Shown: positions 9,190 through 17,681 of the stretch, in pieces | Numbering within the stretch: the stretch's first letter is position 1 | How the letters are laid out: every line of letters starts with the position of its first letter | Source: a virus | Virus record (IMG/VR): IMGVR_UViG_3300021963_000049 | Location: 52,689-116,688 of that record | Reading direction: 5' to 3' (one strand) | DNA length: 64,000 nucleotides | Program-made: the position numbers and the translations under genes | Notes under the pieces: generated by a model | Database searches by the model: none | What the model saw: only the letters and a program-made list of their open reading frames with translations | What the model was told of the DNA's origin: nothing

Positions 9190-9669
9190 CTATCCTCCAA
9201 TAGAGAAATCTGCATTAGGCTGAATAGCTTTTGCTTTTGCACTTTGTGCTGCATAAGCATTGCGCAATTCATCTACATTATCATGCTTAATAAGCATATC
9301 TTCTGCATTACCAGCAAATGAGAACTTAGTTCTGCGGTAGATTGGAAGACCTCCAAGAGTACATACTACTCCTGTCTCACCAGCAATTTTAAGATCTCTC
9401 TCTGGAGTTTTGTTATTGAATGGCTCAAGAGCTTCTTCAATTACAATTTTACCATCAAGTTGTTGACCAGCATAGAATCCAGATTCTTTTAGCTCAGCTA
9501 CAGTACCAGGAATTAATGCTGACACAGGTTTTCTTCTTAAGAAACCATTATCATCTATAAGTGTTCTTACTTGTTGCACACGGATGAAACCATAATCTGA
9601 ATTGTTTTCAGATACATTAACAACAGCTCCAGTTGTTTCATCAGCTAATACAGTTACTTTTGAGTTCAT
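9190..9669 (-). CDS. hypothetical protein, possibly OB-fold ssDNA-binding
   Basis: beta-rich 159 aa protein with its own terminator (9141-9172); function is inference. Confidence 0.6.
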   Translation of the reverse strand: MNSKVTVLADETTGAVVNVSENNSDYGFIRVQQVRTLIDDNGFLRRKPVSALIPGTVAELKESGFYAGQQLDGKIVIEEALEPFNNKTPERDLKIAGETGVVCTLGGLPIYRRTKFSFAGNAEDMLIKHDNVDELRNAYAAQSAKAKAIQPNADFSIGG

Positions 9670-9793
9670 AATCTCAGTTTTTAAAAGTTAATAAATAAAT
9701 AATTAAATAGATGTTTGTGAGTAGATGTGTACTATATCTTCAGTTACTCAGTCTGAATGATAAGTTAAATAGTATTCTATTGCAAGTCAAATA

Positions 9794-10066
9794 CTATGTA
9801 TCCAGTGGGCCCATAAGGTCAATGATATCATCAAATGGTTCATCATCTGATATTATATCATTTACATTTTCATCATCTGTGGCCAGATAATCAAAATCAT
9901 AATACTTCTCTTTGGTGTTTTCTACAACAGCAGAATCAGAAAAAGGATTTATAATGTGTTCACCATAATCTATGGACATCAGATACTGAATGTCCTCATC
10001 TGTAAGATCAAGATATTGTTCAAGTGTAATATAAATTACTTTACCATTAGGTAACTGGTATAACAT
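9794..10066 (-). CDS. very acidic small protein (possible DNA mimic)
   Basis: 90 aa, D/E-rich C-terminus. Confidence 0.65.
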   Translation of the reverse strand: MLYQLPNGKVIYITLEQYLDLTDEDIQYLMSIDYGEHIINPFSDSAVVENTKEKYYDFDYLATDDENVNDIISDDEPFDDIIDLMGPLDT

Positions 10067-10150
10067 TATAAATACATAAAGATTAGTAAATGTATGATAA
10101 TAAGTTTAACCAGTATAAGTGTAAAGTTTAAATTTTGACATTATATAGCT

Positions 10151-10181
10151 AATAAAGGGGAATAGCCTAGACTACTCCCCA
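10151..10181 (-). terminator. intrinsic terminator
   Basis: ggggaatagcc-taga-ctactcccc inverted repeat with a T-tract on the minus strand. Confidence 0.6.
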
Positions 10182-10222
10182 GTATTACTGTTCAGGAAAA
10201 GCATATCTACAGATATACTATT

Positions 10223-10642
10223 TTAAAATTCCTCTATAATCTCTAATTCATTAGTGCTTAAATAAGTAGCATCATCTTTTGTAGTACCATTATCTAACAC
10301 ATTTTTATATGAAACTTGGTACTGAGAATACTCATGGTAGCCTCTAAATTGTCTTACAGTTACAATTACTTTGTCTTCATCATCTGCAAATCTTTCCCGG
10401 ATTCCTTCTTTGTTACTACCATAACCTAATCTTTCAACTTTAACTTTACATAAAGTCCCATCAGGTATGATATCTGGTAGCTTATTACCAAGCATAAGCT
10501 TAAAGAAATAATCTACAGCTGATGAATTACTACAGATCATGGGAGTAAGTAACTTAACAAACTCCTGTGAATTTGGGTCTTTAATTACCTTTTCTAATGC
10601 TTTTGCAACATCAGAGTCATCATATGTTACAGATATTCTCAT
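10223..10642 (-). CDS. hypothetical protein
   Basis: 139 aa ORF. Confidence 0.7.
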   Translation of the reverse strand: MRISVTYDDSDVAKALEKVIKDPNSQEFVKLLTPMICSNSSAVDYFFKLMLGNKLPDIIPDGTLCKVKVERLGYGSNKEGIRERFADDEDKVIVTVRQFRGYHEYSQYQVSYKNVLDNGTTKDDATYLSTNELEIIEEF

Positions 10643-10644
10643 GC

Positions 10645-10863
10645 TCAGTCATTAATTCTTCTATAATCTAATACTTTAGCTAACAGAGCTTCATTAAAGT
10701 TTGTAAAGAACTTTTTATCAATCATCTTGTGATTAATTACTGGCTCCTCACAGCTATAGCATGTAGACTTGATACCTGTCTTAATTATTTCTCCTTCCGG
10801 AGTCATAATATCTCTCTTAAGATTAAATCCTAAGACTGATGTAATTAAATAACTATCATTCAT
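10645..10863 (-). CDS. hypothetical protein
   Basis: ORF track 10645..10893; likely start MNDSY. Confidence 0.6.
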   Translation of the reverse strand: MNDSYLITSVLGFNLKRDIMTPEGEIIKTGIKSTCYSCEEPVINHKMIDKKFFTNFNEALLAKVLDYRRIND

Positions 10864-11179
10864 GGCTTCCAAATAAATTAGACATAATCTCACTAACAGT
10901 AGACTCCTTCCTGTGGTGGTCTACTATCTTTTGAAATATTAACATACTCATTGCAATTTCATTCTCATGTTTGCAGTAATTTATTATTTTTTCTAGCATA
11001 AGATGTAACTCTGAGTTACCATCAAATGCCTCTGCTGTGTTCTTTAGCAATTCTTTTACTCTATCCTCAGAGATCCCAAGAATTTCATGCATAAGTTCAC
11101 TGTTATCATCAATAAATAATAACTTAAATTTCCCATCTGTTGGGCATGCTTTTTTTCTTCTGAACAGTTTCATAATCAT
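10856..11179 (-). CDS. hypothetical protein
   Basis: The ORF track start (11263) lies inside the tRNA; likely start MIMKLF/MKLF. Confidence 0.6.
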   Translation of the reverse strand: MIMKLFRRKKACPTDGKFKLLFIDDNSELMHEILGISEDRVKELLKNTAEAFDGNSELHLMLEKIINYCKHENEIAMSMLIFQKIVDHHRKESTVSEIMSNLFGSHE

Positions 11180-11231
11180 AATTTTAAGATGTAATTTACT
11201 AAATATTTGAGTTATACACAAAAGTGCATAG

Positions 11232-11303
11232 TAGTTCCACCTGGACTCGAACCAGGAATACAAGCTTAGAAGGCTAGTGTTATATCCCTTTAACTATAGA
11301 ACT
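11232..11303 (-). tRNA. tRNA-Arg (anticodon UCU, reads AGA)
   Basis: Minus strand: AGTTCTA-TA-GTTA AAGGGATA TAAC-A-CTAGC CTTCTAA GCTTG-TATT-CCTGG TTCGAGT CCAGG-TGGAACT-A; full cloverleaf, one mismatch in the anticodon stem, no encoded CCA. Confidence 0.92.
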
Positions 11304-11325
11304 AAAAACAGGGTAGAACACCCTG

Positions 11326-11565
11326 TTAGATAAATAAAAATATAAGTGTAATAGTATAGATTATTGCCAGACAAATAGCACCAGCTATTATTATTTTTGG
11401 TCTTCTTTGTGTTTTATAATCCTCAATATTGCTTAATATTCTAACAATATTGTACTCTACTTCAGAAAGAAGTTCATCCTTTAATATTTTAGGCATACCG
11501 GATCTTTTTACTTCAATCCGGTAATTCTGCCAATATCTAAGTTCTTTCTTTAAATTTCTCATGAT
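11326..11565 (-). CDS. small protein with C-terminal TM helix
   Basis: ORF track 11326..11586; C-terminal IIIAGAICLAIIYTITLIFLFI; start approximate. Confidence 0.55.
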   Translation of the reverse strand: MMRNLKKELRYWQNYRIEVKRSGMPKILKDELLSEVEYNIVRILSNIEDYKTQRRPKIIIAGAICLAIIYTITLIFLFI

Positions 11566-11648
11566 ACAAATGCTGCTAGTGTGCATATTGCTGCAAAGTA
11601 AATTAAAATAATCAGATTTGTTGTTTTCATAATCATAAATTTTAAGTA

Positions 11649-11846
11649 TTAGTATCTAACAGCACATGCTCTATTTCTTTTCTTAATGAGTCTTGCTCTT
11701 TTTCTACTGTAGTGCTTCTTGTAATTGTATCCCTTAGATTTTTTCTTAACTCCATCTCCAGGACCAATCTCAGTAGTTACAGACTCAGAAACTAGAGTAG
11801 CTTCATTAGAAGAAAGGCATAATGCCATAATCATAATTTTAATCAT
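11649..11846 (-). CDS. small basic protein with hydrophobic N-terminus
   Basis: 65 aa ORF. Confidence 0.55.
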   Translation of the reverse strand: MIKIMIMALCLSSNEATLVSESVTTEIGPGDGVKKKSKGYNYKKHYSRKRARLIKKRNRACAVRY

Positions 11847-11878
11847 TGTTTATTTATTTATTTGTTTTGGTTACTAAT

Positions 11879-12139
11879 TTAATTGTTGCTGTCATCAGCA
11901 TATATTCTTGCATAGAATTCTCCATATGTTTCACCTGGTAAAGGTCTTCCATACTTAGCTTCAAATTCTTCAGCAGAGTATTCATCTTCATCTGGCTCCG
12001 GATTATCAAATATGTACTCTTCATGTGATATACAGTCAAAGCACTTGTTGTACTTGCTATTATCATAGTGATCAGTAGCAATTACATAGCTTTCTGTAAT
12101 CTCATTGTTACATACTCCACATATTGGCATGTTCTCCAT
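11879..12139 (-). CDS. small Zn-finger/acidic protein
   Basis: CGVC...CFDC. Confidence 0.65.
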   Translation of the reverse strand: MENMPICGVCNNEITESYVIATDHYDNSKYNKCFDCISHEEYIFDNPEPDEDEYSAEEFEAKYGRPLPGETYGEFYARIYADDSNN

Positions 12140-12145
12140 AAGTTC

Positions 12146-12415
12146 TTATTTAAGTTCACTAACTTTTTTCATTATATCTGTAACTTCTTCCGGTGTTAAA
12201 TGCCCAATAACATCATTAGTAATTGGTGTATTATAGCATATCTGAGAGTACTTATCACCCGGTGCCATGTATATAATTGCCAATTCATATAATCCTTGTC
12301 TACCACCATAGGTATAAAGACCGCGGATTACTGAGACACCATAATGGTTAGGAAATATGTGATGAGCATTCTCTCCCATCTCATCATGCTCAAATTTTAA
12401 ATCTTCAAAGGTCAT
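12146..12415 (-). CDS. conserved small phage protein
   Basis: FPNHYGVSVI...YGGRQGLYELAI...TPITNDVIGHL motif widespread in phages. Confidence 0.75.
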   Translation of the reverse strand: MTFEDLKFEHDEMGENAHHIFPNHYGVSVIRGLYTYGGRQGLYELAIIYMAPGDKYSQICYNTPITNDVIGHLTPEEVTDIMKKVSELK

Positions 12416-12589
12416 AAGTTTAGTTTTAAGTTCTTAATTAAGTTTCTATAAGTTAATAACCCCTCTGCACTCAGTTGTAATACTTCATAGCCTATAGACC
12501 ACAAATAAATTGTGTATGGAATAATTCTTACATACTTCATATTACAACTGCTCACCCTTGGGAAGTGAGAATGGTGCATTAATAAATAG

Positions 12590-13245
12590 TGTTGGCTCTC
12601 AGATCTTTTCAGCCCCGCACTATAAACGGACAATCTTTTTATTTGCATAACAATTCGGGTAACTCACATCCCTAGGTAGGTCGGTACTAAGAGTTATAAT
12701 TGTACCTAGTTAAATATGCATGCCTCTTTCATGGTCACATGCTCCCAAATATAAATTAAGCTCTCAGAGGTGCAATTACAATAAGCCATACTGATACATC
12801 AGTCAATATGATGGTTCTTGTAAGCTTCCAGAGAGCTTAATTAATAAGTTTACCTTGCATACTCTTACAAGGATTAGTTATTTCTGTCTTCCAGCGGTAC
12901 TTCTACCTGCAATTATATTACTCCAATTGCATAAATTACTTTAAGTATAAAGCTTTCGCATTTCACTTATGCCTTTCTTACAAAGATGATTAGTCTTCTC
13001 AACCCTTACAGAGGTCTAGTTAGGAGTTACATGCAGCTAACAAGTCATCATCTTGTTTCTTATAATCCTACTGTAATAAGATTAAATCACTGATTTAAAT
13101 AGTACTCTCACAAGGTTGCAACCCTTGAGGCTCATGTTGGCATATACGGGCTACTAATACCGGTTTACCTGCAATTGGATGAGAGTAAATAAACAGTTTG
13201 GCTTTCATACTTTCTCAGCCCCGACTGTTAACGGACAGTATTATA
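12590..13245 (-). ncRNA. cluster of putative structured non-coding RNAs
   Basis: No credible ORF; several long inverted repeats, a duplicated pseudoknot-like motif and a tRNA-like element (see findings). Confidence 0.6.
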
Positions 13246-13249
13246 CTAT

Positions 13250-13435
13250 TTAATAAAATTCATAGAACTCCGGATACAGGTATTCTCCAAGTCCCATAAG
13301 AAGAGAAGACCTCTCTCCTTCTAATTCTTCTATAGTAGAATTATCAAGTTCTTCTAGTTGATCTTTAGACATCTCTTCCTGATTCAGTCTTAAGTACAGA
13401 TCTTTGATCTCTTCAATCAGATTCTTTCCAATCAT
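13250..13435 (-). CDS. small acidic protein
   Basis: 61 aa ORF with an A-rich leader. Confidence 0.6.
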   Translation of the reverse strand: MIGKNLIEEIKDLYLRLNQEEMSKDQLEELDNSTIEELEGERSSLLMGLGEYLYPEFYEFY

Positions 13436-13453
13436 AATCTTTGGTTTTAAAAT

Positions 13454-13636
13454 TTATAAATCTTCATTGTACACAAACTCATCTGTTTTAATCCAGTTGA
13501 GTATTTCTTCTTTGTAGGCATACTCTATAGTTATTTGATTAGTAATAACTGTGTAAGTAGTTCTGCCATCTACATTGTCCTGTGGAGTAACAACTCCTAT
13601 CCATAAATAAATCTGGAATATTAATTTGCTAAACAT
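13454..13636 (-). CDS. hypothetical protein
   Basis: 60 aa ORF. Confidence 0.55.
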   Translation of the reverse strand: MFSKLIFQIYLWIGVVTPQDNVDGRTTYTVITNQITIEYAYKEEILNWIKTDEFVYNEDL

Positions 13637-14006
13637 ATTTCCCGGAGTCTTTAACTGTGAAACACTAAATGGATAATAGTAAGTATAGCAGTAATGCCTA
13701 TAATAGCATATACTAAGAGTAAGTCTTGCTTTTGTTTGTTCATAGCTATATATTTAAGTTAATTGTGAGTGAATATTCTTATTCTGAGCCTGTTGTTAGA
13801 GTTTAGTTATAGTGGAGAGTTTGATTCTCTACTTTAAGTAAACACACTTAACTGTCTAGTTTCCAGCAACTTATAAGTTTATTTTTAAGTAATTTGTGGG
13901 AATACTAAGCTTCATTATATCATAGTATTACACATTACTTAAGCTTCTATGTCTTAAGTATTAAGTATTAAAGAGTAAGTATTTAGTATTAAGTATTAAG
14001 TACACA

Positions 14007-14103
14007 ATTCCCACTTGGTCAAAATTCACACCGGCAGAATAGTTACAAATTCCCACTTGGGTATATACTATACTATATATACTATACACATATTCCCACT
14101 TGG
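14007..14103. repeat. three direct repeats ATTCCCACTTGG (iteron-like), candidate replication origin
   Basis: Copies at 14007, 14049 and 14092 (42 and 43 bp apart), next to an AT-rich TAAGTA-repeat tract. Confidence 0.65.
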
Positions 14104-14241
14104 GTATGTATTTAGTACTAATTACTAAAAAATAAAAAAGCAATGCTTTAGCATTGCAACTCAATTGCAGTAAAGGGTTAGAAAAAAGAGGAATCTAATT
14201 ACTAAAAAAAAGAAATGGGGTTTATCCCCATTTCCTTATTA

Positions 14242-14679
14242 TTACATTTCTGTAATGTTTGCATCTGTTCCATCAGATACTGGTTCTGCAAATAATGCAT
14301 TAACAGCCTTATTGCTTGCAACTGGTCCCATAACTTTGTCAAGGACTCTTGATGCAAACTGAGCTTCCAATGCAGGAGATATTTTTGCAAGAGCATCAAT
14401 CCTGCTTATATCCTTACGGCTCTCTGAGCCATCCAATGTATAATTACCATCTTGCTTCTTATACAATGGCAACTCATCTCTTAATGCATCCATATACATT
14501 GTTCTAAACTGCGGAGTTCCATCTGGTGCATTAGTTGGATACTTCTTGAATTGCGGGCTATTAATATAATCCTGCATTTCTTCAGCACTACCATACACAT
14601 TATACAAATGGAAAGTTTGTCCTTTACCTGCTCCTTCTTTTCTTTGGATGTAATTTCCAACATAAACTGCTTTAATCAT
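14242..14679 (-). CDS. early protein, hypothetical
   Basis: 145 aa ORF with its own terminator (14203-14235) and an upstream CTAACCCT motif. Confidence 0.8.
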   Translation of the reverse strand: MIKAVYVGNYIQRKEGAGKGQTFHLYNVYGSAEEMQDYINSPQFKKYPTNAPDGTPQFRTMYMDALRDELPLYKKQDGNYTLDGSESRKDISRIDALAKISPALEAQFASRVLDKVMGPVASNKAVNALFAEPVSDGTDANITEM

Positions 14680-14763
14680 AACTTTTGTTTTTAATTTATT
14701 AATAAATAATCATATCAATTCCAGTGTAGGGTTAGTAAAAAGAGGAAAAAGAAAAAAGAGAGT

Positions 14764-14997
14764 TTATCTCTCTTTTGGGATTGCAGATTTAAAAGCTTCC
14801 TGCATATCCATTTTATGTATAGCATCTATACATAGCTTATTTATATAACCTTTGGTATTTACTGCTTTTCCATACCATTCAGATTCAGCCTGCTTGGTTT
14901 CTTCTATTTCTGCTATTATGCTATTATACACATCTGCATATTCAGGATTTTGCCTCATTCTTTCCAGGCCATCTATTATATAAAATATCTTTCTCAT
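14764..14997 (-). CDS. early protein, hypothetical
   Basis: 77 aa ORF preceded by CTAACCCT. Confidence 0.7.
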   Translation of the reverse strand: MRKIFYIIDGLERMRQNPEYADVYNSIIAEIEETKQAESEWYGKAVNTKGYINKLCIDAIHKMDMQEAFKSAIPKER

Positions 14998-15063
14998 ATT
15001 ATATAGTTTTAATTTATATTAAGTTTAGGGTTAGTTAAATAAAAAAAGAGAGCTTGTCTCTCT

Positions 15064-15270
15064 TTATTCTAGCCCTTTTCTGATTATATCTAAACATACT
15101 GCCCATGCATGATATTCATTTTTATCAGATTCAAGTTCAGTGTTTATATACTCATGGGCAAGTTTATTTAGCATATGTTCTATATCTTTAACAAGTTTGC
15201 CATGTGTTACATCTTTGTCCATAAGATTTAGAAATACTTTTTCTAAAACTTTTTTTTCTATTGCATCCAT
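15064..15270 (-). CDS. early protein, hypothetical
   Basis: 68 aa ORF preceded by CTAACCC. Confidence 0.7.
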   Translation of the reverse strand: MDAIEKKVLEKVFLNLMDKDVTHGKLVKDIEHMLNKLAHEYINTELESDKNEYHAWAVCLDIIRKGLE

Positions 15271-15339
15271 ATTATAAATTTTAATTTATCATCAGTCTTG
15301 GGTTAGAAAGAAGAGGAAAGAAAAAAAGAAGAGTCATGA

Positions 15340-15591
15340 CTATTTAGTCATGATCTCTTCGGCACCACAGATGAAGATGGCTTCATAGCCTGCTTCATTT
15401 GTGTAAAGCTTGTAGCTTATTTTATAAAGGCCTTCAGACTTTATATAATTAGCAACAGCTTTCTTACTGACTTTGGGAAGCCATAGCTTATCAGAGTCAG
15501 TATTGACTTTCTTTATATTATAAAGGAAGTCATGGGATTTGTTAGACATGATGCTCACCAGAGCATCTTGGAATGGCAAAGACTTTTTCAT
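15340..15591 (-). CDS. early protein, hypothetical
   Basis: 83 aa ORF preceded by CTAACCCT. Confidence 0.7.
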   Translation of the reverse strand: MKKSLPFQDALVSIMSNKSHDFLYNIKKVNTDSDKLWLPKVSKKAVANYIKSEGLYKISYKLYTNEAGYEAIFICGAEEIMTK

Positions 15592-15629
15592 ATGATAAAT
15601 TTTTAATTTATCTCAAGTTTAGGGTTAGT

Positions 15630-15775
15630 CAGCATGCAAGAGCAAGCAAGCTTTTTTTGACAGAGGAAAAAAAAGTGCAGCGCAGTTCTGCATGAGCAAG
15701 GCCACCTGAGAAAGCAGGGGGGTACCACCTGCGGCTTGAGGGGTGGGGGTGGCCGCGCTGGGGGATCCTCACAAA
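15630..15775. other. GC/G-run-rich island at the strand switch; candidate packaging site or genome terminus
   Basis: G runs at 15717-22, 15740-43, 15745-49 and 15760-64 in an otherwise AT-rich genome. Confidence 0.5.
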
Positions 15776-15888
15776 CTCCAGTATAATATTTGGTTACTAC
15801 CGGTAAAGTATTATATTTGTATTTCATTCTCTACCAAAATAAAAAGTCCCCGGAACTACAGGCTGGGGGTTTTTTATTATATTATAGT

Positions 15889-16071
15889 ATGAGGATTTAT
15901 ATTATAAAGTCCGGGAAAGAGTATGAGGCTAGCATATCAGACCCAGATCCAGATACACAACAGGTTATGTATTTGGTAGAGAAAATTGTAAGCATGATGA
16001 ATCTGCCAAAGCAAGAGGTAGATGATTATATATTAGGATGGGCTGAAGAGATTAAACAAGTATTGAAATGA
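15889..16071 (+). CDS. hypothetical protein
   Basis: Likely start MRIYIIK at 15889, downstream of the terminator at 15847-15875. Confidence 0.6.
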   Translation: MRIYIIKSGKEYEASISDPDPDTQQVMYLVEKIVSMMNLPKQEVDDYILGWAEEIKQVLK

Positions 16072-16511
16072 AGAAAGTAGATATGGGTAAGTATGTACTC
16101 CTTGCTGGTAAGGATGCAACAGAGATATTTGATTATTATGATGTACCTGAGATGCATGGTCTCAACCGTGATGATGCTCAGGCAGAAGAAGTAGATAAGA
16201 CTTCTGGCAATGGAGTTTATATTTATGGTTGGACTAACTATGATCCAGCTGACAAGAAGCTTACAGCAAAGGCTCCTTACAAACCATTCTTGTTTATTAA
16301 CCTTGGTACTTTTAAAAAGTATTCTCTTACAGAAAAAGCTACAGCTGTTATGCATGAAACTATGCATATGAGTTTGTTACTTAATAACTGGAACATCAAG
16401 GATAAAGAAGAAGAGGCAATTGGTTTTGCTGAAGAACAAGCTAATAAGATTATTGATATGCTAGGATTTGGTACTAAAGAACAACCTAAGAAAGGGTTCT
16501 TTAAAAAATAA
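16068..16511 (+). CDS. zincin-like metallopeptidase
   Basis: AVMHETMH (HExxH) followed by EEEA third-ligand helix. Confidence 0.7.
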   Translation: MKKVDMGKYVLLAGKDATEIFDYYDVPEMHGLNRDDAQAEEVDKTSGNGVYIYGWTNYDPADKKLTAKAPYKPFLFINLGTFKKYSLTEKATAVMHETMHMSLLLNNWNIKDKEEEAIGFAEEQANKIIDMLGFGTKEQPKKGFFKK

Positions 16512-16514
16512 TAT

Positions 16515-17147
16515 ATGGCACATATAGAACACAATTTTTTTCCTCTTAAAGTATTTGTTAGGAATGAGTACATGTACCAGAATAAGAAAGGTCAAGGTGA
16601 ATTTACTCCAGGGGTAGTTATTTCAGTAAGATGCATGCCAGGGCAAGCTGCACTGTTTCAGGTACTCCTTGAGAATGGAGTACTTAGAGATAAGCTACCC
16701 TCACATGCGTTGCTTACTAAACCAGAGCTACCTAAACCGGATCTTCCTTTTCATCATCTGCAGATATGGAACTGTTTTTCTTATAATTTTACTGTGCTTC
16801 ATTTATCATATCTTTATGATACCCCAGTAGAAGTGTATATGAAAGATAGAAAGTTTTACCCTGGTAAATATCATGCTACTATTAATTGGGGATCTAATGA
16901 TCTTAACACAGATTTATCTTTGGCTGAGGATGCTCTAGAGCATAAGTCTCACCATATTATATTATTAGATAATGGGCAGATTGCTCTACAACCTAACAAT
17001 AGAATTAAATGGTCGGAGCCAAGTTTTGTTACTAAACCATTCCCTGAGAAACCAGATTATCTGGTTAATACAGATTATTATAACTGTGAAGGGTTTGATA
17101 AATGGCATACAGAAGATTCTGATAGAATGTTCTATGATACTGAATAA
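16515..17147 (+). CDS. conserved aquatic phage protein, unknown function
   Basis: QIWNCFSY...EHKSHHIILLDNGQIALQPNNRI. Confidence 0.75.
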   Translation: MAHIEHNFFPLKVFVRNEYMYQNKKGQGEFTPGVVISVRCMPGQAALFQVLLENGVLRDKLPSHALLTKPELPKPDLPFHHLQIWNCFSYNFTVLHLSYLYDTPVEVYMKDRKFYPGKYHATINWGSNDLNTDLSLAEDALEHKSHHIILLDNGQIALQPNNRIKWSEPSFVTKPFPEKPDYLVNTDYYNCEGFDKWHTEDSDRMFYDTE

Positions 17148-17149
17148 TA

Positions 17150-17335
17150 CCCCACCAGTATGTAAATACTGGGACCTCATGGTGATACTGTTGCCATGAT
17201 ATATGTACCAGACAGCATACCGTAAGATCTGCTCACTACACTGGTCTTTTTGGTTACTGGGAAAGCAGAGATCTGTATAACTAGTAACAACCCCAGATAA
17301 GTTTCTTTGGCCAAGAAGTACTATCTGGGTTTTTT
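17150..17335 (+). ncRNA. putative multi-hairpin ncRNA ending in a terminator
   Basis: Consecutive stems ccagta/tactgg, catgg/ccatg, accag/ctggt, gttactgg/ctagtaac, then cccagata/tatctggg plus a T tract. Confidence 0.55.
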
Positions 17336-17486
17336 ATTATATTTGCTTTGTAATGTTCAAGTATTTAAATTTAGAGTATTTAGATTTAGACATTAATTTT
17401 GACGAAGCTGAAAGCCCTAGATATTTTTCTAGGGTTTTTAGTTTAAACAAAAAAAGTTTTTATATTTGCTAACCAACAAATTGTGT

Positions 17487-17681
17487 ATGAGTGAGAAGAC
17501 AGTTCTGCATATTACCATAGATGAAGATGATAACATCAAAGTGGATGTAAATGTAAAGGAGTTTGATATACTAGCTCTTGTAGGTTTAATGGAGCAAATT
17601 AAACTTGATATATTTAAAGAGAATCTCCCATTGACAAAGGAGATAATTACTAAACTTCCAAATAATAACTATGATGCATAA
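17487..17681 (+). CDS. hypothetical protein
   Basis: Likely start MSEKTV at 17487, downstream of the TATATTTG promoter. Confidence 0.65.
   Translation: MSEKTVLHITIDEDDNIKVDVNVKEFDILALVGLMEQIKLDIFKENLPLTKEIITKLPNNNYDA

Larger units (their letters stand above)
14174..15628 (-). promoter_or_regulatory. five copies of CTAACCC(T), putative phage-RNAP early promoter
   Basis: Plus-strand (A)GGGTTAG at 14174, 14728, 15027, 15300 and 15621; four copies lie 30-49 nt upstream of consecutive genes. Confidence 0.7.

Noticed and set aside
12412-12648. 78 aa ORF
   Set aside because: Overlaps the duplicated RNA motif and has atypical composition; not supported, though a short 3' part cannot be excluded
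13198-13241. TPP riboswitch, hammerhead or hairpin ribozyme
   Set aside because: GGCUGAGAA resembles the TPP junction but the CCUGAU...GCGUAGG half is missing; there is no CUGANGA core and no hairpin-ribozyme domain B
14007-14103. Mini CRISPR array
   Set aside because: Repeats are only 12-16 bp, the spacers are low-complexity or partly repetitive, and no cas genes are present
13961-14164. 67 aa ORF
   Set aside because: Runs through the iteron and AT repeats
15603-15827. Pro-rich ORF
   Set aside because: Translation artefact of the G-run island
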